From contig CM097885.1 in NCBI GenBank assembly GCA_044892525.1, forward strand, positions 33,110,001-33,174,000: a stretch of DNA of 64,000 nucleotides. Reading direction: 5' to 3'. Positions 49,425 to 61,007 of the stretch are shown in pieces. The notes under the pieces were generated by a model. The model saw nothing but the letters and a program-made list of their open reading frames with translations. It was not told the DNA's origin and made no database searches. The position numbers and the translations under genes were made by a program. Source of the stretch: Schmidtea polychroa (Eukaryota). Each line of letters starts with the position of its first letter. The first letter of the stretch is position 1.

Positions 49425-49550
49425 ACTTTACTTCCCAGTCATCATTTAAAGAAATTGAATTCTGGAGATCGACCATCAATTTGCTGGCTTGATTGTCCGG
49501 ATGAATTAATGGGCAGCTATTGCTTGGTAAAATAGTATAAAAATTCACTT
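49425..49550 (-). pseudogene. Polinton minor capsid (penton) N-terminus
   Basis: NFYTILPSNSCPLIHPDNQASK..VDLQNSISLNDDWEV matches the FY.TLPSNSS...P.N..S.F...L...L.L...WEV penton start, located directly downstream of the integrase. Confidence 0.75.
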
Positions 49551-50126
49551 TACTAGGTTCTTTTCGGATTTCCATCATGGGTTTTGATAACCATGCCACT
49601 TGGCATAGTATTGTTTATAATTGCAGACCTTTTAGTTTTCAATATAATTTGAATTCTAAATACTTTTGGAGGAGGAATAACTTGTAATTCTTGCTCATAA
49701 AACATTCCTTGTACAAGATTATTTTCATTGTCTTTGATGACATACATTATTTTTATTTATTTTCGAAATTAGAAAGACTTCATCACTCCAATTTGTATCG
49801 AAATATTTAATAAATGAACTAATTTTACTAATTCTAACATGATCATCGACGTTTTATTTCGGTTTTGTAATTTTACAGGTTCTTTAGAACTCACTGATGT
49901 TTTTGATGTGATGTCAATCGGTCTTAATCCATTCAGTCCTCGATGTGATGAATGATTATAACTGGTTATTATTTTTGGTAAAACCAATACCCATTTTTAT
50001 TACCTTGATGCACAAATAATTTCTTTAATCTATCTCTTAAGGTTCGGTTAAATCTTTTAACATGGGCTGATTTATTTTCAATTTATTGAGGAATTGCTTG
50101 ACTTTACTGTTGTAGAATTCTTTACC

Positions 50127-50203
<77 letters not shown>

Positions 50204-50313
50204 CTAAATCCTTTTGACAAAAACCTTCTGGGTTCGTCCAAATCTTCTCCATTACAACTTGAAGATTTAAAATTAAATTTAATGTCGGGTAATGAAGGAT
50301 TAGCTCCCATTGT

Positions 50314-50808
50314 TTATGATCGACTTCCTATTTTTCCACCTAATAATGATATTGCTAAAGGTATCAATGAACCGATAAATCCCCCTTGTTGTTTATATAT
50401 AATTTTTCTCATTTGCTTACGATTTTTATTATTTACTAATGATACCAAAGGTTTCCTATGTTTACTCAATAATTGCTTTTTGGATTTACTGATTTTAATC
50501 TTGTCTTTGACTACTTTAAGTATAATATCCATTAAATCATCGACAACATAATTTGGGAATGATTGCAAAATACTGATTCTTTTCATACTCGGCGCCTTTA
50601 ACAATGTATTAAAAAACGGGAAACTCCGATGATTTTTAACAACTATTACTTTCTGACTGGTTTTACGTTTAGGTTTAGGTTTAAAATATTTCGAAATAAG
50701 ATTCATTGCAGGAAAATGTTCAGTAATAAGTTCTTTAGATGGAGTATAACTAGTTGTTGGTGGAACTTTTGGTTGTTTTTTATTTGTTACCCTTGTTTCT
50801 GAAAACAT
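50314..50808 (-). CDS. Basic core/pVII-pX-like protein, copy 3
   Basis: Paralog of 1114-1647, ending in QQGGFIGSLIPLAISLLGG. Confidence 0.75.
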   Translation of the reverse strand: MFSETRVTNKKQPKVPPTTSYTPSKELITEHFPAMNLISKYFKPKPKRKTSQKVIVVKNHRSFPFFNTLLKAPSMKRISILQSFPNYVVDDLMDIILKVVKDKIKISKSKKQLLSKHRKPLVSLVNNKNRKQMRKIIYKQQGGFIGSLIPLAISLLGGKIGSRS

Positions 50809-51249
50809 GTTTTATATGTATTCAACTATGTTTTGAACTTTGTTTATAAACCGTGGCACCTTTTGGTTTGAAAATATCTGTTTTTACCCGTAAATCATTA
50901 GGAGACTGTTGTGTGAAATCAAGAAATATATACCCATGAGGTATTTTCGTAGCATCTTGAAATGCACTGATAAGAAAATACGATTATTAGGGTATGCTTG
51001 TCGTCCAAGAAAGTCAATGACAGTTGCATCTCTAGAATTCTTGAAAATAACTAAATATTGTACATTTAAATTACGTGTTCGATGTGCACCACCTTGATGA
51101 AATAGATTTTGTGTTATGAAAATAACTGTTACACGAATATGTCTGCTAATTTCTTTTCTGCTAATTTGCCGGCGGTATGACGTAATATGCCTTTGTTACG
51201 TCATCGATGGCGTCATATGTCTTTGTCCCCGGGTCCACATGTTACCCTA

Positions 51250-51500
51250 CTTATTTTATTTCTTAAATCCACTAAATTGAGTTATCAATCTTCTTCTGGA
51301 TATTCGATTTCTAACTTAATATCGATGAGCCGTATTGAATTTATGAAATATTTCCTCCGCTTCTTTTCGGCTTTTGTTCGTGATAAAGATATCATCTACA
51401 TATCTTGCGTAGAAACCGATGGGTTGTATGGTCCTCAGTTTCTGTCGTTAAAGGTTATCCATAAATATGATTGCTAGCAATAGTTTGGTGATATTCTCGG
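51250..51500 (-). pseudogene. Penelope-like reverse transcriptase remnant
   Basis: LLAIIFMDNL*..QPIGFYARYVDDIFITNKSRKEAEEIFHKFNTAH matches the PLE RT pattern LANIFM..LE....Y.RYVDDIF.........FN..H. Confidence 0.7.
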
Positions 51501-51527
51501 TATTCATTTCCTTTATTAACAAGTTAA

Positions 51528-51695
<168 letters not shown>

Positions 51696-51922
51696 TAAAA
51701 AACGCCAACTAACATATCACTATATATCTCGACCATTTAACAGTCTTCCTTGTTATTAAATTAACCGATATTAATCGTAATCAAATTGTATCAAACTAAA
51801 ATATTTTATTAAAAATATTTTCCTTTATTTGTTTAGAAAAATAAAAATTTTTAAATTAAATAGAAAATACACAAATTTATTAATATTCTTTCCTACAATT
51901 TTTTTATATTTAGAAAATTGAA

Positions 51923-52330
51923 ATGAAAAACTTTCAAGTTAATAACTTCAAAGTCAGCGTGAACATTAATATCCAGACAAACCTGTAAATACATTCAAGA
52001 AAATATTTAGGAAGCAAATATTTAAAAGATTTATAAACAACACTACCAGGGAGTCAACCTTTTTCGTTAAATTGGCAAACTTGTCATAAGCGGATCACAT
52101 CAGCTATCACATCAGTATCAGAATAAGCAAATCCAAAAAAGTATCATAAGTAAAAATTTATTGCATTCCTATACAGATCATTCATGACTCTCAAAAACCA
52201 AAGAAATATCATCAACATACTTTTTGTACACAATTGATTTAGTTAAATTGTACAATGGAAAATATTTTTACAAACTAGACATAAAAATATAGACTATTGT
52301 TGAAAGCAATGGGGAACAAATAGCAACACG
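51923..52330 (+). pseudogene. Decayed second TBP-like gene (insertion site of the tandem array; continues after 59483)
   Basis: MKNFQVNNFKVSVNINIQTNL..., VNLFR*IGKLVISGS and ISSTYFLYTIDLVKLY resemble TBP repeat motifs. Frameshifts and stops present. Confidence 0.45.
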
Positions 52331-52369
52331 AAGCAAATATTTAAAAGATTTTATTGAAGATTTATTGAA

Positions 52370-52870
52370 TTGGCGAAACATGAAGGAAGAATAATGGAGA
52401 TATTGCACCTAAGCAGAATGAACAGTGACAGGGGCTTGGCCGAGTATGGCGATGGTGGGAGGAGAATCCATCATGATGTATCAAGAATGATGCTGGATGC
52501 GGTGCAGAGGTTCTTTCCAGTGAGGCTCAACGTCTTGGAGGACCTAGAGCGGTTTGAAGAGCTGCTGGGAAACCTCATCCTGAATTTCAAGGAACAGAAG
52601 AGGGAAGGCGAGTTGAACAACGGAATGTTGTATCACCAACTGCTGAAGAAGCTGCCAGAGACCATGCTGATTCAGTGGTCACGCCATTGTGATTTGGGGA
52701 GAGAAGGAAAGGTACAAACGCTAGCCGAATGGATCAAAACGGAAGCCGATAGGCATCGAAAAGCCTTGAATATATTGTTTGGGGAGAGAACTCCAGGGAG
52801 TAGGAAGGATGTGGGGACATTGAAAAAGTTCACAAACATCATGGAGAGAAAACCAATTGCAAGAAATCAA
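52370..52870 (+). pseudogene. BEL/Pao gag fragment (repeated at +1788, +3576, +5364)
   Basis: GC-richer segment; LERFEELLGNLI..GELNNGMLYHQLLKKLPETMLIQWSR..VQTLAEWIKTEA is typical of BEL/Pao gag. Confidence 0.7.
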
Positions 52871-53239
52871 GCTCCAAGATGTTCGCATTTGGCTCAGAGT
52901 TATTTTGCGGTAACAAAAATGTTAAATGGCGGTAATCGACAAAATTTCCTTGAGAATAACGAAATAGATTCCATAGATGTAATAAATCCTTCCGATTCAA
53001 AAAATGATTCAGATATCGAAAATAATGAAGATGAAAATGACGGAGAAATGATTATTCATGATGTAGATAATTCTGAAGAAATGGTTTTTTAGAAATTATT
53101 GATTCGATGGATTGTTATAATTAAATTAGGTTTTAAATGGAATGTTGTTTTACCGGATTAATTGGATTTTTTTGGTAGATTTGTTTAAAATTGGTTTTAA
53201 ATTGAAATCTGTGGAAATTATGATGAATTTCATTCTCAG

Positions 53240-53365
53240 AATGTTCGGCTCTATTGGTTATTGCAATGCATGTGATAAAGTTATTCCAGCATTTGAGTTG
53301 GTAATGCGAGCGGGAAGTTTTGTGTATCATTTGGAATGTTTTGGTTGTCAAGAATGTAATCATAG
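53240..53365 (+). pseudogene. LMO: LIM-only (LMO1/3-like) second LIM domain exon fragment (x4)
   Basis: TTCTCAG^[43 protein letters not shown] versus LMO RLFG..G.CAACSKLIPAFEMVMRA.DNVYHLDCFACQLCNQR. Confidence 0.85.
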
Positions 53366-53461
53366 AGGAGCTCATGGATTTATTGTTGTGGTTGATGTTA
53401 CCGATCAAGATTCGTTTAACAATGTTAAAAATTGGCTTAATGAAATCGATAGATATGCAAA
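53364..53461 (+). pseudogene. RAB1: Rab1 GTPase fragment (x4)
   Basis: [32 protein letters not shown] versus Rab1 [32 protein letters not shown]. Confidence 0.88.
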
Positions 53462-53784
53462 AGGAAAAGTTCCCGATAAAATGAGTGAGACGAGTTCAGC
53501 TACGAGATTGTTTAATATTACTTAATGTACTGGAGGTGTTATGATTGGTATGATCCCTGATTGTCGATCTCAAGTACGTCGCGCACGAATGGAAGCAGCT
53601 CGATTTAATTCTGAAATTGCTCATAAAATGACTTGCGATATAATATGTTTGTCTATGTTTGTCTATGTCTATGTTTATATTGATCAATTCAATTCCCAAT
53701 CGGCTGAGAGGCGACCATTAGGATGTTAAATGATGGCATTATCTTCTGATCTTGAACTGGACAAAATGTTATTCAAAACTGATC
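53462..53784 (+). pseudogene. PSMA6: 20S proteasome alpha-6 (alpha1) subunit fragment (x4)
   Basis: [61 protein letters not shown] versus [58 protein letters not shown]..VYKCD. Confidence 0.85.
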
Positions 53785-56700
53785 GACGTGGCCCTGTAGA
53801 GGCGAACAATAAAATTGTTATTCGTTCCTTTGGACTTATTCATGGACTTTTTCGTTAAATTGGCAAATTTGTCATAAGCGGATCACATCAGCTATCACAT
53901 CAGTATCAGAATAAGCAAATCCAAAAAAGTATCATAAGTAAAAATTTATTGCATTCCTATACAGATCATTCATGACTCTCAAAAACCAAAGAAATATCAT
54001 CAACATACTTTTTGTACACAATTGATTTAGTTAAATTGTACAATGGAAAATATTTTTACAAACTAGACATAAAAATATAGACTATTGTTGAAAGCAATGG
54101 GGAACAAATAGCAACACGAAGCAAATATTTAAAAGATTTTATTGAAGATTTATTGAATTGGCGAAACATGAAGGAAGAATAATGGAGATATTGCACCTAA
54201 GCAGAATGAACAGTGACAGGGGCTTGGCCGAGTATGGCGATGGTGGGAGGAGAATCCATCATGATGTATCAAGAATGATGCTGGATGCGGTGCAGAGGTT
54301 CTTTCCAGTGAGGCTCAACGTCTTGGAGGACCTAGAGCGGTTTGAAGAGCTGCTGGGAAACCTCATCCTGAATTTCAAGGAACAGAAGAGGGAAGGCGAG
54401 TTGAACAACGGAATGTTGTATCACCAACTGCTGAAGAAGCTGCCAGAGACCATGCTGATTCAGTGGTCACGCCATTGTGATTTGGGGAGAGAAGGAAAGG
54501 TACAAACGCTAGCCGAATGGATCAAAACGGAAGCCGATAGGCATCGAAAAGCCTTGAATATATTGTTTGGGGAGAGAACTCCAGGGAGTAGGAAGGATGT
54601 GGGGACATTGAAAAAGTTCACAAACATCATGGAGAGAAAACCAATTGCAAGAAATCAAGCTCCAAGATGTTCGCATTTGGCTCAGAGTTATTTTGCGGTA
54701 ACAAAAATGTTAAATGGCGGTAATCGACAAAATTTCCTTGAGAATAACGAAATAGATTCCATAGATGTAATAAATCCTTCCGATTCAAAAAATGATTCAG
54801 ATATCGAAAATAATGAAGATGAAAATGACGGAGAAATGATTATTCATGATGTAGATAATTCTGAAGAAATGGTTTTTTAGAAATTATTGATTCGATGGAT
54901 TGTTATAATTAAATTAGGTTTTAAATGGAATGTTGTTTTACCGGATTAATTGGATTTTTTTGGTAGATTTGTTTAAAATTGGTTTTAAATTGAAATCTGT
55001 GGAAATTATGATGAATTTCATTCTCAGAATGTTCGGCTCTATTGGTTATTGCAATGCATGTGATAAAGTTATTCCAGCATTTGAGTTGGTAATGCGAGCG
55101 GGAAGTTTTGTGTATCATTTGGAATGTTTTGGTTGTCAAGAATGTAATCATAGAGGAGCTCATGGATTTATTGTTGTGGTTGATGTTACCGATCAAGATT
55201 CGTTTAACAATGTTAAAAATTGGCTTAATGAAATCGATAGATATGCAAAAGGAAAAGTTCCCGATAAAATGAGTGAGACGAGTTCAGCTACGAGATTGTT
55301 TAATATTACTTAATGTACTGGAGGTGTTATGATTGGTATGATCCCTGATTGTCGATCTCAAGTACGTCGCGCACGAATGGAAGCAGCTCGATTTAATTCT
55401 GAAATTGCTCATAAAATGACTTGCGATATAATATGTTTGTCTATGTTTGTCTATGTCTATGTTTATATTGATCAATTCAATTCCCAATCGGCTGAGAGGC
55501 GACCATTAGGATGTTAAATGATGGCATTATCTTCTGATCTTGAACTGGACAAAATGTTATTCAAAACTGATCGACGTGGCCCTGTAGAGGCGAACAATAA
55601 AATTGTTATTCGTTCCTTTGGACTTATTCATGGACTTTTTCGTTAAATTGGCAAATTTGTCATAAGCGGATCACATCAGCTATCACATCAGTATCAGAAT
55701 AAGCAAATCCAAAAAAGTATCATAAGTAAAAATTTATTGCATTCCTATACAGATCATTCATGACTCTCAAAAACCAAAGAAATATCATCAACATACTTTT
55801 TGTACACAATTGATTTAGTTAAATTGTACAATGGAAAATATTTTTACAAACTAGACATAAAAATATAGACTATTGTTGAAAGCAATGGGGAACAAATAGC
55901 AACACGAAGCAAATATTTAAAAGATTTTATTGAAGATTTATTGAATTGGCGAAACATGAAGGAAGAATAATGGAGATATTGCACCTAAGCAGAATGAACA
56001 GTGACAGGGGCTTGGCCGAGTATGGCGATGGTGGGAGGAGAATCCATCATGATGTATCAAGAATGATGCTGGATGCGGTGCAGAGGTTCTTTCCAGTGAG
56101 GCTCAACGTCTTGGAGGACCTAGAGCGGTTTGAAGAGCTGCTGGGAAACCTCATCCTGAATTTCAAGGAACAGAAGAGGGAAGGCGAGTTGAACAACGGA
56201 ATGTTGTATCACCAACTGCTGAAGAAGCTGCCAGAGACCATGCTGATTCAGTGGTCACGCCATTGTGATTTGGGGAGAGAAGGAAAGGTACAAACGCTAG
56301 CCGAATGGATCAAAACGGAAGCCGATAGGCATCGAAAAGCCTTGAATATATTGTTTGGGGAGAGAACTCCAGGGAGTAGGAAGGATGTGGGGACATTGAA
56401 AAAGTTCACAAACATCATGGAGAGAAAACCAATTGCAAGAAATCAAGCTCCAAGATGTTCGCATTTGGCTCAGAGTTATTTTGCGGTAACAAAAATGTTA
56501 AATGGCGGTAATCGACAAAATTTCCTTGAGAATAACGAAATAGATTCCATAGATGTAATAAATCCTTCCGATTCAAAAAATGATTCAGATATCGAAAATA
56601 ATGAAGATGAAAATGACGGAGAAATGATTATTCATGATGTAGATAATTCTGAAGAAATGGTTTTTTAGAAATTATTGATTCGATGGATTGTTATAATTAA

Positions 56701-59700
56701 ATTAGGTTTTAAATGGAATGTTGTTTTACCGGATTAATTGGATTTTTTTGGTAGATTTGTTTAAAATTGGTTTTAAATTGAAATCTGTGGAAATTATGAT
56801 GAATTTCATTCTCAGAATGTTCGGCTCTATTGGTTATTGCAATGCATGTGATAAAGTTATTCCAGCATTTGAGTTGGTAATGCGAGCGGGAAGTTTTGTG
56901 TATCATTTGGAATGTTTTGGTTGTCAAGAATGTAATCATAGAGGAGCTCATGGATTTATTGTTGTGGTTGATGTTACCGATCAAGATTCGTTTAACAATG
57001 TTAAAAATTGGCTTAATGAAATCGATAGATATGCAAAAGGAAAAGTTCCCGATAAAATGAGTGAGACGAGTTCAGCTACGAGATTGTTTAATATTACTTA
57101 ATGTACTGGAGGTGTTATGATTGGTATGATCCCTGATTGTCGATCTCAAGTACGTCGCGCACGAATGGAAGCAGCTCGATTTAATTCTGAAATTGCTCAT
57201 AAAATGACTTGCGATATAATATGTTTGTCTATGTTTGTCTATGTCTATGTTTATATTGATCAATTCAATTCCCAATCGGCTGAGAGGCGACCATTAGGAT
57301 GTTAAATGATGGCATTATCTTCTGATCTTGAACTGGACAAAATGTTATTCAAAACTGATCGACGTGGCCCTGTAGAGGCGAACAATAAAATTGTTATTCG
57401 TTCCTTTGGACTTATTCATGGACTTTTTCGTTAAATTGGCAAATTTGTCATAAGCGGATCACATCAGCTATCACATCAGTATCAGAATAAGCAAATCCAA
57501 AAAAGTATCATAAGTAAAAATTTATTGCATTCCTATACAGATCATTCATGACTCTCAAAAACCAAAGAAATATCATCAACATACTTTTTGTACACAATTG
57601 ATTTAGTTAAATTGTACAATGGAAAATATTTTTACAAACTAGACATAAAAATATAGACTATTGTTGAAAGCAATGGGGAACAAATAGCAACACGAAGCAA
57701 ATATTTAAAAGATTTTATTGAAGATTTATTGAATTGGCGAAACATGAAGGAAGAATAATGGAGATATTGCACCTAAGCAGAATGAACAGTGACAGGGGCT
57801 TGGCCGAGTATGGCGATGGTGGGAGGAGAATCCATCATGATGTATCAAGAATGATGCTGGATGCGGTGCAGAGGTTCTTTCCAGTGAGGCTCAACGTCTT
57901 GGAGGACCTAGAGCGGTTTGAAGAGCTGCTGGGAAACCTCATCCTGAATTTCAAGGAACAGAAGAGGGAAGGCGAGTTGAACAACGGAATGTTGTATCAC
58001 CAACTGCTGAAGAAGCTGCCAGAGACCATGCTGATTCAGTGGTCACGCCATTGTGATTTGGGGAGAGAAGGAAAGGTACAAACGCTAGCCGAATGGATCA
58101 AAACGGAAGCCGATAGGCATCGAAAAGCCTTGAATATATTGTTTGGGGAGAGAACTCCAGGGAGTAGGAAGGATGTGGGGACATTGAAAAAGTTCACAAA
58201 CATCATGGAGAGAAAACCAATTGCAAGAAATCAAGCTCCAAGATGTTCGCATTTGGCTCAGAGTTATTTTGCGGTAACAAAAATGTTAAATGGCGGTAAT
58301 CGACAAAATTTCCTTGAGAATAACGAAATAGATTCCATAGATGTAATAAATCCTTCCGATTCAAAAAATGATTCAGATATCGAAAATAATGAAGATGAAA
58401 ATGACGGAGAAATGATTATTCATGATGTAGATAATTCTGAAGAAATGGTTTTTTAGAAATTATTGATTCGATGGATTGTTATAATTAAATTAGGTTTTAA
58501 ATGGAATGTTGTTTTACCGGATTAATTGGATTTTTTTGGTAGATTTGTTTAAAATTGGTTTTAAATTGAAATCTGTGGAAATTATGATGAATTTCATTCT
58601 CAGAATGTTCGGCTCTATTGGTTATTGCAATGCATGTGATAAAGTTATTCCAGCATTTGAGTTGGTAATGCGAGCGGGAAGTTTTGTGTATCATTTGGAA
58701 TGTTTTGGTTGTCAAGAATGTAATCATAGAGGAGCTCATGGATTTATTGTTGTGGTTGATGTTACCGATCAAGATTCGTTTAACAATGTTAAAAATTGGC
58801 TTAATGAAATCGATAGATATGCAAAAGGAAAAGTTCCCGATAAAATGAGTGAGACGAGTTCAGCTACGAGATTGTTTAATATTACTTAATGTACTGGAGG
58901 TGTTATGATTGGTATGATCCCTGATTGTCGATCTCAAGTACGTCGCGCACGAATGGAAGCAGCTCGATTTAATTCTGAAATTGCTCATAAAATGACTTGC
59001 GATATAATATGTTTGTCTATGTTTGTCTATGTCTATGTTTATATTGATCAATTCAATTCCCAATCGGCTGAGAGGCGACCATTAGGATGTTAAATGATGG
59101 CATTATCTTCTGATCTTGAACTGGACAAAATGTTATTCAAAACTGATCGACGTGGCCCTGTAGAGGCGAACAATAAAATTGTTATTCGTTCCTTTGGACT
59201 TATTCATGGACTTTTTCGTTAAATTGGCAAATTTGTCATAAGCGGATCACATCAGCTATCACATCAGTATCAGAATAAGCAAATCCAAAAAAGTATCATA
59301 AGTAAAAATTTATTGCATTCCTATACAGATCATTCATGACTCTCAAAAACCAAAGAAATATCATCAACATACTTTTTGTACACAATTGATTTAGTTAAAT
59401 TGTACAATGGAAAATATGTTTACAAACTAGACATAAAAATATAGACTATTGTTGAAAGCAATGGGGAACAAATAGCAACACGATCTACCTGTTTATACCA
59501 CTCATTATTAAAAATATTATTCAAATATTATCCAAAATGCAATTTCCTCAACTTTGCAGCAATAAAAATAGTTCTATTTATGCTTATTTAGATTTTTGAT
59601 TATTTTTCATATTATAAGTGGTTTTTATATTTTGCAATATCAAATTAAACAAAAGTTATTGAAAAAATTTTAAATTTCAATAAAAATAATTTTATAAAAC

Positions 59701-59730
59701 TAATTTAAAAATTGGTTTTAAAATATTTAT

Positions 59731-60585
59731 TTATAATATTTGACTGCAAAAAAAGTGATAAATTCTTTGGTTTAAGGATGTTTTCTGAAACCACAAATGA
59801 TTGAGGAATTCATTCAAGTTTATTCTGTCCGCAGGGTTAAAAGCTAAACATTTGTCAATCAGGTTTCTGGCATTTTCTGAACATTTGTAATATGGGATAG
59901 AAGTAATATTCTCATAATCATTCTTGGTATTAAAAAGTAATCTTTTTTCAATAGAAATATAAAGTAAACATCCAATTTCGAAAACCATATTTTTCTTGAT
60001 ATCGTATGTGTTTTCTTTCACTGCCTCATAGCTTGAATATCCGAGAGTGCCAACAAATCCACAATGTTTAGGATTTTCTTTTAATTTCTCATAAACGGAA
60101 CTTTCGAAGTCTATAAATTTGATATTGTAAGTTCTACTATTTATCATAATATTTCTATGTTTTATATCTAAATGATAAACACCTTTACTGATTAATTTTT
60201 CTAAACCTTTGATTACATTTGTTATAACCTTTCTCATCATAATTTCACTTATTACATTTGTTTGAATGAACTCATGCAAGTCCATCCAATCTCCATTGAG
60301 GTTTTCCATAATAATTGCAAATTCTATCCCAGACTGAACATAATCTAAAACTTTTGGACTGAGATTTTCTTTTTCAATAAAATCTAGAAATAATAATTCT
60401 TTTGGTATTGGAAACGGATAATTTTGATTTCGAAGAAACAAATAATTTTCAGATTTTGAGAAACATTTAATGACAACAGTTTTATGATCTAGATTTTTGT
60501 TCGATTTGTTTTCAGCTATATAAATTATGCTCTTTACGGTTTCTTGGATTATTGAAATTAATTTATAATTTTTATTATTAATCAT
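59731..60585 (-). CDS. Intronless atypical Ser/Thr kinase, Pim-like (paralog of 29293-30105)
   Basis: Same motifs (HLDIKHRNIM, DFE, GTLGYSSYE), highly similar sequence and a shared upstream region to ~60800. Confidence 0.85.
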   Translation of the reverse strand: MINNKNYKLISIIQETVKSIIYIAENKSNKNLDHKTVVIKCFSKSENYLFLRNQNYPFPIPKELLFLDFIEKENLSPKVLDYVQSGIEFAIIMENLNGDWMDLHEFIQTNVISEIMMRKVITNVIKGLEKLISKGVYHLDIKHRNIMINSRTYNIKFIDFESSVYEKLKENPKHCGFVGTLGYSSYEAVKENTYDIKKNMVFEIGCLLYISIEKRLLFNTKNDYENITSIPYYKCSENARNLIDKCLAFNPADRINLNEFLNHLWFQKTSLNQRIYHFFCSQIL

Positions 60586-60844
60586 TTTATGTTTAAGTTA
60601 ATTAAATAATTTTTAATTTTTTAAATTGAAATAATTTTATAAAAATATTTATTTATTATATTTTTGATTGGATTGTTTTTTTTTTTTTTGATTTTTTATT
60701 GTTTTGAGTTTTATGAATTTGTGATCTATTTTTTTTGAATGTAAATATTCTCAATATTTTGCTTATTGATAATACTTGTAAATATAAATTTGGGTCCTCA
60801 TAATTTGAAATTGGTAATAATAAAAAGTTTCTAAGTGTGATATA

Positions 60845-61007
<163 letters not shown>

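Larger units (their letters stand above)
49351..51150 (-). mobile_element. Polinton family A, copy 3 (diverged fragment): ATPase 3' part, core gene, deleted integrase, minor capsid start
   Basis: Homologous to 1-1980. ORF 50314-50808 is the core protein; the integrase carries the same (ATT)n intron at ~50127-50203. Confidence 0.88.
52059..59483 (+). repeat. Tandem array of ~4.15 near-identical 1788-bp chimeric units
   Basis: Identical ORFs recur at 52370, 54158, 55946 and 57734 (period 1788). The first ~270 bp is repeated a fifth time at 59211-59483. Confidence 0.97.
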
